Positions 1 to 9,815 of a stretch of 64,000 bases of DNA are shown here, in pieces. Both the position numbers and the translations under genes were made by a program. Where the stretch lies: the IMG/VR virus record IMGVR_UViG_3300032053_011398. One strand, 5' to 3'. The notes under the pieces were generated by a model. That model was given only the letters and a program-made list of their open reading frames with translations, ran no database searches and had not been told where the DNA came from. Each line of letters starts with the position of its first letter. Positions within the stretch are counted from its first letter, which is position 1. This stretch comes from a virus.

Positions 1-135
1 GCTTCTGCCGTTGAAGCTGGGGTCGGGGCTTCTGCCGTTGAAGCTGGGGTCGGGGCTTCTGCCGTTGAAGCTGGGGTCGGGGCTTCTGCCGTTGAAGCTG
101 GGGTCGGGGCTTCTGCCGTTGAAGCTGTGGGCGGG
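1..135. repeat. 27-bp tandem repeat (GCTTCTGCCGTTGAAGCTGGGGTCGGG), about 5 copies, coding
   Basis: Four exact copies plus a degenerate fifth; in-frame 9-aa repeat on the minus strand. Confidence 0.95.
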
Positions 136-242
136 CAGCCGCCGCGCAGGATGTTAATCGCTTGCCGAAGGCCGTAAATACGGGCTTGGGCATCCAGGCC
201 GATGCGGTCGCACTCGGCTTCCAATTGTTGAATTACGTTCAT
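1..242 (-). CDS. Hypothetical protein, runs off the window, with a PTPASTAEA repeat linker
   Basis: ATG at 242 preceded by AAGGAAG; translates MNVIQQLEAECDRIGLDAQARIYGLRQAINILRGGCPPTASTAEA(PTPASTAEA)n. Not in the ORF track because it has no stop in the window. Confidence 0.75.
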   Translation of the reverse strand, partial: MNVIQQLEAECDRIGLDAQARIYGLRQAINILRGGCPPTASTAEAPTPASTAEAPTPASTAEAPTPASTAEAPTPASTAE

Positions 243-271
243 TGGTCTTCCTTTTTCATTGAAACACGGAA

Positions 272-3200
272 TTATTTGAAATCCTGCAAGGTAGCGATCA
301 GGCCGGGCTTCTTGGCCACGAGGCGGCGGCGCTTGAGCCAGTGCTCCAGATTGTTCAAAGATTCGAGCTGGAGGCCCCAAATGTAGTCAACATCCAGGCT
401 GCGCGGGTAATCTCTGAGCTTGCTGCCAATGCCCTGGCCGCGAGCCGCGCTGACCAGGCCCAAAGCCACGCCCTCGACGCCCTGCTTCTGCTCGTAGCCG
501 GACAAGTCCTCGACCGGCTCCATCTCCTCGTCCGCAATGCCCTTGGCGACCGTGCGCCTGCCCAGGAAGTAGAAGCCGAGCGCCTGGTCGCCCTCCATCG
601 CCGCGACCGACAGGTCCATATCGGCAACCGCCTGGATGTATTGGACCACCCAGGCCGCGTGCTCCGCGAAGACTTCCAGGACGGCCTTCTCGACGCCGGG
701 CCAATTCCGCTCATCTATCTTGACGAGCTGAACTTGCTCAGCACTCTCGTTGACCTTGGCCGGAACCTCGAAGTAGAAGTATTCGCGGGGCTTCCAGATT
801 GTCACAATCTCCTCCGGCGTATAGCTGATCTCGCCCAGCCAGGGATCGTTGACCTGAAAGCGGGTGCCGTCGAAGTCATAAACCACAATCCAGTGCTTGA
901 TGCCTCTGGTGAGCGTCCGCAGGATGATGTAGCTGCCACTGTCCAGGGCGTCGGCCAACGCCTCAGCATCCTTGCCTTCGCCGACCTTGAAGGGCACGCC
1001 TGCCGCCTGGAGGCCCGTGGCCATCTTCTTGTCGTCGGTGCCGGTCACCGGATCGCTGCCCGCTGCCCGAACGATGTCGGCGATCTTCAGCTCGCGTCCG
1101 ATGCCCAGCGCATTCGCAACCATCTTGATGCAAGCGGGGCCGCAGTCATACCCGCACTCCTGGCGCATGTGCTGGACCCGGCCTTCGCCCAGCCCCTCAA
1201 AGTTTACAATCGAAAACATCGACTCGCCCGGTTGATCTTGCCAGTCTCTCGCATCCTCGTGGCTAAGTATTCCAGCCTCCATTACTTGTTGGGCTGCTTC
1301 CCTACTTTTGAACAAAGTTGCTTTCTGCCGGGACTCCACCCACTTCCAATTTTCAGCCCTCCCGCCTTTCCAGCGAGTGATACGCGCGTAATGTGGCCCA
1401 ATAACCCACTGTCCATTAACCTCCTTTGAAATTCGGCATTGAATAGCCCAGCAACCCGGCCCGACGACCTCTTTCCAGCCGGTGTCTTCCTCGTCTTCAA
1501 CCAGAACCTCCTCCACGCCCTCCGAAGAAGGCGTGGTGGTCGTTGCATTGCAGCTCGGCGCATCGCACCGCAGCTCATTTCGGCGCATTTCATCACACCG
1601 AGTCGCGGGGCAAGGCAATTCATCCACGCTACTCTCTTGCTCAGCCTCTTGCAAACCCATTTTTTGAGCGACCTCTTTGATGAGCGTCTGATTATCAAAA
1701 GCCAGCTTAGGCAGGTCGTCGATTGCTAACCATTTCAGCCGTTGAGCGTCATCTCCGGCTACTGCTTTTTGAGTCTCCGGTAACATACACCCAAAAACAA
1801 ATACCGTGGCGTTGCGCTCCTCGTTGGGCATCTTCTTGATGAACGTCAAATCGTCCAGATCGAGCTTGGTCTCCTCCTTCATCTCGCGCTTGGCGGCGAC
1901 CTCGATGCCCTCGCCTTCCTTGGCGTGCCCGCCCGCGATCCCCCACTCACCCTTGGCTGGTTCATACTCGCGCTGGCAAACCAGGCAGGTATAGCCCTTG
2001 CCCTCGCTCTTTTCCCTCCCGCACTGACCACAAGCTTTTTCGTCGCTCTTTTCTCTGAAAACAGCGACGATGGCCACACGGTTGTCGTCGCCTTCATTCT
2101 TGCCTTCGGCCAGGTCTTCACCGTGGACATCCTCGATGCCGGTCATCCGGCTGGCTTCCTCGCGGGTGACGAACTCGCCGCGCAGGGTCAGAAACCCGAT
2201 CTCGACCTGATTCCAGATTTTGTTATAGGCCCGGTTGGATCGAACTCCCAAGTCCTCCAGGTCTTCAAGGCTCTTGATCTTGCCGAAGTAGCCCTGCTGG
2301 AGCAGTGACCCCATCGCCTCGGAATGGGTTGAGCCACTAGCAACTATGCCCCTGCCCTTAATCATGACGGCAGCAGCGACAATGGGCCTCTTTGACGCCT
2401 CTTGCAGAGCGGTTTGGCTAGCACAAACGGTGAACTTGCCGGTTTTTGCATCGTAGCTTGCCCCGCTCTTGTCAACGGCAAGTGCTTCTGCAAGAGCATC
2501 CAAGCTCTGGCCCCTGTGCCATTCACCTTTGATTTCTACAAGTCCCTGTTGCTCAGAATCTTGCACTTTTCGCACGGTGCCGCCCTGTTCCATGATCCGG
2601 CTGATAAGACCCGGTGCTTCTGATTCGATGCGACGGCGCTTTTGAGGCTTGGCAAAAAATTGCCTCGGAATGACAACCACAAAGCCACTCTCGTTATTGG
2701 GTATGGTTTTGAGCCGCGAATAGCTGATACCCATTTTCTCCAACCGGTCCTTGGCGGCATACATGTCCGCAGTCGTCCAGCCCGGCCAGCTACAAACAAA
2801 CCCGTCAAACTTGGACGTATAGCGAAACACCGTCACCGACTGAGCACCCGTAGCAACTAACGCCGCCTCGATGTCTTGCTGGGTGGGCTGCGAATGAACC
2901 ACGTCCTTCCAGGAGTCTTCGTCCCCCGCCGCCTCGCCCAGCAAACCCTGAGCAATGGAGATGTCCAAGGTGCCCGTGGTCGGCTCGTAATGGTAACCGA
3001 TCAAAGCCCTATTGCTACGGAGGCCCAAGTGACACACGATTCGCCGAACCAGTTCAGCGGCATCGGCATCCTTCTGGCTGTAGAGCCAGGTGCCCTGGAA
3101 GTGGGTGTTATGCCAACCCGGCAGGACCAGGACGGAGACGACGCCAAGCTCCCCCATTGCTTGCTCAACCTCTTGCCGAGTTAAATAGCGTTCGGGCATC

Positions 3201-5125
3201 ACGTCTTTCCAGGCACCGCCTTCCTCGGCAGCAATCAAGTCGTCGTCCCCAAGTCCTTCTCGCAGTTCTGCCAAGGCAGCTTGTGCCTTAGCTAATTCCT
3301 GCTTGTAAAGTTCCAGGTTGTGCTGGATGATTTGCCGATAGCTGTTAGACTTGTTTCCTAACTGCTTTTGGTAGAACTCGATCTGGCTCTGATAGTAGGC
3401 TTGGGCTACTTCGGCTGGTTTTAAGCTGATTTCCACTATCCCTACTGCGGGAGTTGGCCGAACAGGCAGTATGTTCTTGAGCAGATTGGCTGGTCCTACA
3501 AATACACCCCTTTCGTCCCGCCTGCGGCGATCAAACCAATTTTTAGGCCGCGCAGCTTCCGGGGGAACACGGCCATCCAGCAGCCCAGTGTTCCCCAGGG
3601 TCCAGGCTAAGAAATTTTGGTTTTCGTCAGCGCGGACAACAACGAGCACCGTTTGAGACTTACGATTTGCATAGTTTACAATCCAAAAGTCTTGCGGTTC
3701 CCAGCTACGCTCAGTTTCGATGTTGGCATCCAGCGCCTCCCCAATTTCCCTACGGCTTTGGATGTCCGGGTCGCCCACGAACCAAGTGATCTCCCAAGCT
3801 CCGGGGTCCGCCTTCCACCGGCTAATATAGTCGATTTCATCGGTGCCCAGGATTTCGTAGAGGCTCGACTTGATCTGGCGGCAGAAGTTCTCCAACTCCG
3901 GGGTCGCGGTGCCGCTGGCCGTCCAGGGCTTTTTGCTGTCGGGGACAATGATGGTGTCCACAATCCGCTGGGGCCTGCCCAGGTCGCCCCAGCCCTTGTC
4001 TGCCGGTTCCTCGAAGACCTTGAAAATCTTCAGCCCAGCCAAGCCGAATAGGTGCCGGATCATGGCCCCCTTCTCGGTCGGGGCCTGCATCTCCTTGCCG
4101 GTGATCTCATCCTCGTCGTCCAGGGCCTCAACCTGTGGGCGCGGGCGTTGTTCGAGGGCAATGATAAGCTGTTCATTCGGATCAGCCTCGATGATGATCG
4201 AGAACCAGGCAGTGCCTTGCTCGGCGTAAAAACCGGCCCTGCGGAGCGCCAAGTCCATCATTGAGTGCATGGAGTGGCCCCCGCCCTCCGCCGCAAAGTA
4301 GGGCATGTGAGCACCGCCATCATGGGTGACGATCAAGCAACTACCTCCCCCATACTCCTCGCCCCTGGCCTTCCATTGCTCTGGGGTATAAAAGACGTGG
4401 CTATGCCCGCCAGAATATAGATCATCCCCTCGGTTGAGCACCCCAATAATAACCGCCCAGGCCCTTTCCGCGCTCGGCGAGGCTCCCTCCGGCAATGCGA
4501 AGTCCGGGGGCACCCCAGGCCCATAGACCTCTTTGGAGTCCATGAAGTCCTCCTCTGTGGCCTCGACCAGCATCAGGTCCAGGTTCCACATGTCGTTCCA
4601 GTGGTCGTGCGCCAGGCGCGTGGGCCTGACCAGGACGCCTTCAGGCACCAGGCCGCGCACTGCCTCGGCCAACTCGCTGCTCAGCGCCTCGCAGCTCTCG
4701 CGGAGCATCTGCTTGCTCTCGCTCTGCGGCAGCGCCAGCTTGGCGGTCAGGAATTGCCCGGCCAGGACATGATTGCCGACGTGCTGGCCGTGGCCCCAGT
4801 CGAACTCGAACAGCAGGCCGTTCTGGTGGAACATTTCGCCTGCCTTCTCGATGAAATCCAGCCCCAGCTTGGCCTTCAGATCGTTGCCTACTACCCCGAC
4901 CACCGGCAGGGACTCCGCCATCTTGACCCATTCCCCGCCCTCCGGCATCTGGAGGTCTTTCATCTCCAAGTGATCGAAGATGTCGGCCTGCGAATAGCTG
5001 ACCCAACCATCCTCATTCGACCAGTAATCCCCAGCGGCATTGCGGACCATGAAACGCGGATAAACCGCCATTTCCTTCAGGTCTCCACACTGACCACAAA
5101 CATCTTGCTCAAAAATCGTGCTCAT
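272..5125 (-). CDS. Multi-module polyprotein-like protein (unknown modules + Nudix hydrolase + C39 peptidase + GNAT); putative internal head protein
   Basis: Nudix box GGHAKEGEGIEVAAKREMKEETKL; C39 motifs QECGYDCGPAC, HWIV and VNDP; C-terminal GNAT-like ARGQGIGSKL; modules separated by LxE sites and acidic linkers. Confidence 0.8.
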   Translation of the reverse strand: MSTIFEQDVCGQCGDLKEMAVYPRFMVRNAAGDYWSNEDGWVSYSQADIFDHLEMKDLQMPEGGEWVKMAESLPVVGVVGNDLKAKLGLDFIEKAGEMFHQNGLLFEFDWGHGQHVGNHVLAGQFLTAKLALPQSESKQMLRESCEALSSELAEAVRGLVPEGVLVRPTRLAHDHWNDMWNLDLMLVEATEEDFMDSKEVYGPGVPPDFALPEGASPSAERAWAVIIGVLNRGDDLYSGGHSHVFYTPEQWKARGEEYGGGSCLIVTHDGGAHMPYFAAEGGGHSMHSMMDLALRRAGFYAEQGTAWFSIIIEADPNEQLIIALEQRPRPQVEALDDEDEITGKEMQAPTEKGAMIRHLFGLAGLKIFKVFEEPADKGWGDLGRPQRIVDTIIVPDSKKPWTASGTATPELENFCRQIKSSLYEILGTDEIDYISRWKADPGAWEITWFVGDPDIQSRREIGEALDANIETERSWEPQDFWIVNYANRKSQTVLVVVRADENQNFLAWTLGNTGLLDGRVPPEAARPKNWFDRRRRDERGVFVGPANLLKNILPVRPTPAVGIVEISLKPAEVAQAYYQSQIEFYQKQLGNKSNSYRQIIQHNLELYKQELAKAQAALAELREGLGDDDLIAAEEGGAWKDVMPERYLTRQEVEQAMGELGVVSVLVLPGWHNTHFQGTWLYSQKDADAAELVRRIVCHLGLRSNRALIGYHYEPTTGTLDISIAQGLLGEAAGDEDSWKDVVHSQPTQQDIEAALVATGAQSVTVFRYTSKFDGFVCSWPGWTTADMYAAKDRLEKMGISYSRLKTIPNNESGFVVVIPRQFFAKPQKRRRIESEAPGLISRIMEQGGTVRKVQDSEQQGLVEIKGEWHRGQSLDALAEALAVDKSGASYDAKTGKFTVCASQTALQEASKRPIVAAAVMIKGRGIVASGSTHSEAMGSLLQQGYFGKIKSLEDLEDLGVRSNRAYNKIWNQVEIGFLTLRGEFVTREEASRMTGIEDVHGEDLAEGKNEGDDNRVAIVAVFREKSDEKACGQCGREKSEGKGYTCLVCQREYEPAKGEWGIAGGHAKEGEGIEVAAKREMKEETKLDLDDLTFIKKMPNEERNATVFVFGCMLPETQKAVAGDDAQRLKWLAIDDLPKLAFDNQTLIKEVAQKMGLQEAEQESSVDELPCPATRCDEMRRNELRCDAPSCNATTTTPSSEGVEEVLVEDEEDTGWKEVVGPGCWAIQCRISKEVNGQWVIGPHYARITRWKGGRAENWKWVESRQKATLFKSREAAQQVMEAGILSHEDARDWQDQPGESMFSIVNFEGLGEGRVQHMRQECGYDCGPACIKMVANALGIGRELKIADIVRAAGSDPVTGTDDKKMATGLQAAGVPFKVGEGKDAEALADALDSGSYIILRTLTRGIKHWIVVYDFDGTRFQVNDPWLGEISYTPEEIVTIWKPREYFYFEVPAKVNESAEQVQLVKIDERNWPGVEKAVLEVFAEHAAWVVQYIQAVADMDLSVAAMEGDQALGFYFLGRRTVAKGIADEEMEPVEDLSGYEQKQGVEGVALGLVSAARGQGIGSKLRDYPRSLDVDYIWGLQLESLNNLEHWLKRRRLVAKKPGLIATLQDFK

Positions 5126-5146
5126 GCCCCAACTTTCTTCACACCA

Positions 5147-5153
5147 TAACTAC
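5147..5153 (-). promoter_or_regulatory. GTAGTTA motif (putative late promoter) upstream of the polyprotein gene
   Basis: The same heptamer precedes the portal, wedge, tube-like and other structural genes. Confidence 0.55.
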
Positions 5154-5268
5154 AGAAGGAAGACCTCACCGGAGCAGGGCCTTTGCTTCGCACACCCTCA
5201 AATCTGCACCACCGCGAAACCACGATGGCCGCATTCTCGTGAAAGGTTCATGAGCGCCCCCAGTCAGG

Positions 5269-5715
5269 TCAAGTGTTTACCGCCGTAAACGGCGGCGTGC
5301 TGTTATAGGCAATCCAGTCACCCGGAGGACGGTATTTGGCCAAGATGTCCGCCACACCCCCACTGGCTGCCAGTCGCAGCGCCATGATCCTGACAGGCGG
5401 GAGCGACTTGAGGTAATCATCCCACCAGTTGAACCAACGCCAGAAGAAGGAAGAGAATTGCCCATAGCGGAGCACGGGCAGCATGATGTCGAACCGAGTT
5501 GTGGACTCAGCCGTAAAGCAAAGCTGGTGGAGCACCGAATTGAACCTGTGGCTGAAGACCTCCTGGCTCATCTTGCCCTGGTGGAGCACAGCATAAGTGG
5601 TCTTCAACTCATTCACCAAACCGAAACAGGCCATGAAGACCGAGACTTCGCAGGCATTATCTGCGAACTCCTGGTCTTTGACTTTGGCCGGTTTCGGTTT
5701 GGCGGTCGTCTTCAT
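5269..5715 (-). CDS. Hypothetical protein
   Basis: ATG start (MKTTAK) chosen downstream of the 35-bp repeats. Confidence 0.65.
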   Translation of the reverse strand: MKTTAKPKPAKVKDQEFADNACEVSVFMACFGLVNELKTTYAVLHQGKMSQEVFSHRFNSVLHQLCFTAESTTRFDIMLPVLRYGQFSSFFWRWFNWWDDYLKSLPPVRIMALRLAASGGVADILAKYRPPGDWIAYNSTPPFTAVNT

Positions 5716-5718
5716 GTA

Positions 5719-5795
5719 ACGAGTTTCCGCACTGACCACAACATTTTCAACTTACGAGCTTCCGCACTGACCACAACTTTTTCAAATTACGAGCT
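5719..5795. repeat. 35-bp imperfect tandem repeat (2.2 copies), each full copy carrying TGTGGTCAGTGCGG on the minus strand
   Basis: ACGAGTTTCCGCACTGACCACAACATTTTCAACTT / ACGAGCTTCCGCACTGACCACAACTTTTTCAAATT / ACGAGCT. Confidence 0.85.
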
Positions 5796-6054
5796 GAATT
5801 TCATCTTCCAAAGCAAAGAACTGAAAAGCTCTGGCGATCACTTCATCCCGGCGCATGTTTACCGCATCAAGGCCGTTCCTGGCTAGTTCGGCGACCATGC
5901 TCACAGTCAGATTGCTATACCGTTTCTGGATGCCACGGCGATTTCTGAGGACGCACGTTCCAGAATCGCGTATCCGACCCCTGAAGAATGGGTCGCTTGC
6001 CAGGACTTGTTCGATCACGTCCATCCGTCCGGGAGCCAGTAAACTGCTGTTCAT
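5782..6054 (-). CDS. Hypothetical protein
   Basis: 90-aa ORF directly downstream of a sigma70-like promoter. Confidence 0.65.
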   Translation of the reverse strand: MNSSLLAPGRMDVIEQVLASDPFFRGRIRDSGTCVLRNRRGIQKRYSNLTVSMVAELARNGLDAVNMRRDEVIARAFQFFALEDEIQLVI

Positions 6055-6062
6055 AACATGTG

Positions 6063-6091
6063 AATATCGTTTACAATTTCTTCTAAGTCAA
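6063..6091 (-). promoter_or_regulatory. Sigma70-like promoter TTGACT-N17-GATATT with a TTGTAAAC motif in the spacer
   Basis: Hexamers and 17-bp spacing read directly; ATG 8 nt after the -10. Confidence 0.6.
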
Positions 6092-6107
6092 GAGGAAACG
6101 GTTTCGT

Positions 6108-6512
6108 TTACACAAAGTCTTTCGTTTCAAGGCTTTGCGCCACAGCCTGTTGAGGTTGAGCCGCATCCACGATGACCTTTACGGGCGCGAATAACTTTTT
6201 TGACACCCGGCCCGCCTGCCAAGGCTGAACCGCAACCCTGATCCGCTTGTAGAGCCGAGGATGCGCTTTGTCCGCCGCCAGCTTGATCCAGGACTTGATC
6301 TGGCGGTCGGGCATTCGATAAGCGCGGCCCCCCGGCAGAGGTTTTTCGTAAACGGCCACATCCAGCTCGTAGCGCCGATTGCGGCGGCGAACCTGAACAT
6401 TGCCAAACATGTCTCCGAGCTGCCTCTGGAAAAACGCAACAACCCGGCGTAACCGGGTTTCATCACTGATCTGGCGCTCGGTCAGAGCTATGATTAGTCT
6501 GCGGACGCTCAC
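6108..6512 (-). CDS. Hypothetical basic protein
   Basis: GTGA overlap with the upstream gene; N-terminus LIIALTE resembles other putative propeptides. Confidence 0.65.
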   Translation of the reverse strand: MSVRRLIIALTERQISDETRLRRVVAFFQRQLGDMFGNVQVRRRNRRYELDVAVYEKPLPGGRAYRMPDRQIKSWIKLAADKAHPRLYKRIRVAVQPWQAGRVSKKLFAPVKVIVDAAQPQQAVAQSLETKDFV

Positions 6513-7075
6513 GCACTATCTACGGCGCTTACGCGGCGGCTGCGTGAGTTGCCGCTCACCCACAAGAATGGGTCGATGACCTTGCCATCGGCATGGTCGC
6601 GCACCGCGCCCCGGTGCGTGTCGTCGTAACGCAGAACTGTAAACAATCTTTCGTTCCACTGGATCACGTCGCCAGGGGCAAAACCGCGTGTATGGATTTT
6701 GAGCTGGCGCTTCTTCCAGAAGTCCACGAGCTGCTTCACGCGCTGCTTGGACAGCGGCTTGAGAATTTCCTTGCCCGCAACGATGAACCGGCGCGGGTTC
6801 CGGCGTCCGACATCCGCCAGAGTAGCCCCTGGTTCCGTGGCGTCGCGCAGAATCTTCATGGTGCGGACATCCGGCACGATAAGCTTGCGCCCGCCGTGCG
6901 GTCGGCCCTGGCACTTGGCGATGCGAGCCAGGTTATTGATGGTGCTGAGGCTGACCTCGTGCTTGGCCGCGATCTCGGTCAAGCCATAGCGGTAGTCGCC
7001 GTTGGGCAGCTTCTCCTTGTAATTTTCGATGATTTGCACCTGAACTTTTCCACTGATATAACGAATTCGCTTCAT
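6509..7075 (-). CDS. Helix-turn-helix DNA-binding protein
   Basis: LTEIAAKHEVSLSTINNL HTH; second HTH-like segment TLADVGR...LSKQRVKQL. Confidence 0.65.
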   Translation of the reverse strand: MKRIRYISGKVQVQIIENYKEKLPNGDYRYGLTEIAAKHEVSLSTINNLARIAKCQGRPHGGRKLIVPDVRTMKILRDATEPGATLADVGRRNPRRFIVAGKEILKPLSKQRVKQLVDFWKKRQLKIHTRGFAPGDVIQWNERLFTVLRYDDTHRGAVRDHADGKVIDPFLWVSGNSRSRRVSAVDSA

Positions 7076-7106
7076 GGCAAAAATGGGATTGACCGGCCCA
7101 ACCCCG

Positions 7107-7310
7107 TTATTTTACTCCTCCCAAACGGTTATTCTCAGAACACCAGGATTTGTGAACTTGAAAATCCCAGGCCCCGCAACAGCTACATACCGAAAGTTGC
7201 CCGCAAACCGGGCACTCCGCGCCCAGCAAGTGCCGCTGGAGTCCTACTCCAATGTCCACTTCTTCCGCGACCTCTATAGCATTTACAGCATTACATTTTG
7301 GGCAATTCAT
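7107..7310 (-). CDS. Small Cys-rich zinc-ribbon protein
   Basis: CPKC, CPVCG, CSCCG and HxxxC motifs. Confidence 0.6.
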   Translation of the reverse strand: MNCPKCNAVNAIEVAEEVDIGVGLQRHLLGAECPVCGQLSVCSCCGAWDFQVHKSWCSENNRLGGVK

Positions 7311-7352
7311 GATTTTTCTCTTTGAACAATGCGCACCAGCCTCCAGGGCTAA

Positions 7353-7550
7353 TCACCCCGACAATACCACTCGCACACCTGCGCAAAACTCAGGGTCAAA
7401 AGACGTGGCTGGCTCAAAAACTCTAACCCGGCCAACCACGTTGTTTATTTCGTTTTCCTCCTGGTCATGATCGCGCCACGCAACCAAAGCTTTCTTTGGG
7501 TGCTTTTTCAACTCCGCAATCAATTTCTCAACAGTCAACGCTCGTTTCAT
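7353..7550 (-). CDS. Small hypothetical phage protein
   Basis: LTVEKLIAELKKHP N-terminus typical of small phage early proteins. Confidence 0.65.
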   Translation of the reverse strand: MKRALTVEKLIAELKKHPKKALVAWRDHDQEENEINNVVGRVRVFEPATSFDPEFCAGVRVVLSG

Positions 7551-7574
7551 AGCCAGTTGGCCAGTTAGAACCGT

Positions 7575-8273
7575 TTACTCGGCTTTTTCGCCCTCGGCAG
7601 CCTTGGGCTTGGGCACAAAGTTGGTCTGGTTCTTGATGACCAAACTAATCTTCTGGTTGGTCTCCAAGTCGAAATCCATCCAGCGGCGGCTGTGGAAATC
7701 CGGGAGGGGCTGCACGGTCTCGCTGGTCGAGAGCGGATTGATGATGCCCAGCTCCTTGCTCACTTCGGCCAACGCACCCGAAATCTTGTCAAACCGCTCC
7801 TTGTTAAACCGGCCATCCGCGCCCAGGAAGGCGGCGCTGTCGAAGGTGCCGACCATCGTGCGGATCAGGTAGTCATTGATGTCGGGCTTCTTCCCAGCTT
7901 TGGTCCTGATTAGCAGGAATAGGGCCTCGGCCATCGCCGGAGCCACGGCGCTATACTTGGCCGTGAAGGTGACACAGGTCACTTCCTGGGCGTCGTCCTG
8001 AAGCTTCACGCTGGCGAGCGCGTCCCAAGGGCGCTCGCTGTTATGCCGGAACAGCTCGGCCAGGGCGTCGGGGAGCATGACCGGCTTGAGGTCATCCATC
8101 AGGGCCTCGGCGGCTTTCTTGACCGCAGCGGCTTCGTTGTAGCGAGTCGGGTAGTCGCCCTCAACCAGGATGGTGGGGATGTCGCCCTTCTTGACCGCCC
8201 TCTCGATGGATTTGACCTTGAGGGGAGCCAGGATGTTCTTCGGAGTTTTGCCGTTTTTCGTGGTTTTGCTCAT
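7575..8273 (-). CDS. Hypothetical protein
   Basis: 232-aa ORF with strong GC3 bias, within the minus-strand operon. Confidence 0.75.
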   Translation of the reverse strand: MSKTTKNGKTPKNILAPLKVKSIERAVKKGDIPTILVEGDYPTRYNEAAAVKKAAEALMDDLKPVMLPDALAELFRHNSERPWDALASVKLQDDAQEVTCVTFTAKYSAVAPAMAEALFLLIRTKAGKKPDINDYLIRTMVGTFDSAAFLGADGRFNKERFDKISGALAEVSKELGIINPLSTSETVQPLPDFHSRRWMDFDLETNQKISLVIKNQTNFVPKPKAAEGEKAE

Positions 8274-8300
8274 ATTTCTGTCTTTCGATTATTTAAGCCG

Positions 8301-8501
8301 TTATTTCCGTTCCGTAACTTCAATCTGCGGATTTACGCCGCGACGCGGCACAAAACGGGCGATCACAGTCGTAAGCTGCACTATCCCCTGGCGCAACAAC
8401 CGGGGATCGCACAATCCGATGGTGCAGGTGTCTTCCTCGCGGGCCACACCTTTTCGGACCACAACCGCCCGCATCTGTTTCCAGTTCATGTTCGCGTTCA
8501 T
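8301..8501 (-). CDS. Hypothetical protein
   Basis: ATG 9 nt downstream of a sigma70-like -10 box. Confidence 0.5.
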   Translation of the reverse strand: MNANMNWKQMRAVVVRKGVAREEDTCTIGLCDPRLLRQGIVQLTTVIARFVPRRGVNPQIEVTERK

Positions 8502-8510
8502 CTGGTCTAA

Positions 8511-8539
8511 AATGTAAACTATCTTCGGTTCCACGTCAA
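8511..8539 (-). promoter_or_regulatory. Sigma70-like promoter TTGACG-N17-TACATT overlapped by a TGTAAAC motif
   Basis: Near-consensus hexamers with a 17-bp spacer at the head of the small-gene operon. Confidence 0.7.
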
Positions 8540-8603
8540 GGGGGAACGTGCAAAAAGACGAAAAAAGTTTCAGCGAGGGAAGTTGCTGAAGCTCAGGACT
8601 TTA

Positions 8604-9815
8604 TCACGTATGCCAGACCTGAACGGTCACGAAACTTTGAATAGAGACGGCGGCAGTGGCATTAAATCGGTCGAAAACCGTAAGCTGACCGCTGATATTT
8701 CGCGGGCCAGCCTGGAGCGCGGCCTGGCTGTAGTAATCGTATTGGTCGGGGCGAATCATGATGGTTTTGCCCCATAACTGAACTCCGGCTGGCTCGGAAA
8801 AGTCCCAGCGATAGTTGAGCAGAAGATGGTTGAGGTCGGTCGCCGTGCCAGTGAAATGGACAGAGCTGGTGCGGACAACTTGATAGACAGCGCCAACCAA
8901 CGGAGCGTCGGTGGTGATGTTCTTGATGACGGGCGTCTGCGAAGCGTTGAGCTGAACGGTCTGCCGGAGCACGAGGCTCTGGCCGGTGGTCAGGTTCGTA
9001 ACCGTGCAGAGCGCCGTCTTCAGGCCCGGATACTCGGTGGACACATTGCGAACGAATTGGCTGCGGTAGGAACCATTGGACAACTGCGCGGGCGTTAGAG
9101 TGGAAGTGCTGTCCGAAGCCCAGCCATTGGTCGTTAGCAGTTCCCACTTGAACTGGAGCTGACCCGGATTCAGGTCAAGCGCATAGACCGTGAACGTGAC
9201 GGTCTGGCTTGGGCCGATGATGACTTCGCCCAGGTTGTTCGTGCTGCTGATGATCGAGTTGCTGCTGGCCGATCCGCCCCCGCTCAACCCGGCTGCGGAC
9301 TCGCCCCGGAGGGAATAGTCCAGCGACGTGACGCCGCCATTAACATCCGTGATCTTTTGCGTTAGCGTCCGGTTGGCCGTGATGGCAGAGGGCGTGTAAG
9401 TGTTCTGGTAGGTGCCCGCCGAGGGAATGATGGTGACGCCCGCGCTCAGGTAGGTCGCTCCCTCATACCAGCCGAACGAGAGCGCCCCGGCAGCCTCCGG
9501 GTCGTAGGCCGTGGCCCGACAGTAGGTGCTAAAGGGAAAGAGCAAATCGTTGTTGAGGATAGTCGGCAGGCCCACGATGACCGGAGGCGCATTCACCGTG
9601 ATCGTGCTCGTAAGCGTGCTATAAGCCCCTTCCGCATTGCAATATTGGCAGGTGAGGGGCAGATTGACCCCACCCTGGTTGAGCCGCTTTTGAATGGTGG
9701 GCACCGCCGTCACTTGGACATCTTGATCCCAAAAATGCCAAACATAAGTCAAGTTGTCGCCGCCCGGAGGAGCAGCGGCAACCGTGAAAGTCTTGATGTC
9801 TCCTGTATTATTCAT
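8604..9815 (-). CDS. PKD/Ig-like repeat virion structural protein
   Basis: Repeated LTYVWHF, LSFGW, LQFKW and LNYRWDFS beta-sandwich motifs; Thr-rich; follows the wedge gene. Confidence 0.7.
   Translation of the reverse strand: MNNTGDIKTFTVAAAPPGGDNLTYVWHFWDQDVQVTAVPTIQKRLNQGGVNLPLTCQYCNAEGAYSTLTSTITVNAPPVIVGLPTILNNDLLFPFSTYCRATAYDPEAAGALSFGWYEGATYLSAGVTIIPSAGTYQNTYTPSAITANRTLTQKITDVNGGVTSLDYSLRGESAAGLSGGGSASSNSIISSTNNLGEVIIGPSQTVTFTVYALDLNPGQLQFKWELLTTNGWASDSTSTLTPAQLSNGSYRSQFVRNVSTEYPGLKTALCTVTNLTTGQSLVLRQTVQLNASQTPVIKNITTDAPLVGAVYQVVRTSSVHFTGTATDLNHLLLNYRWDFSEPAGVQLWGKTIMIRPDQYDYYSQAALQAGPRNISGQLTVFDRFNATAAVSIQSFVTVQVWHT

Noticed and set aside
5155-5268. Possible structured RNA in the intergenic region upstream of the polyprotein
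   Set aside because: Only a weak G-U-rich hairpin is visible; insufficient support without covariation data.
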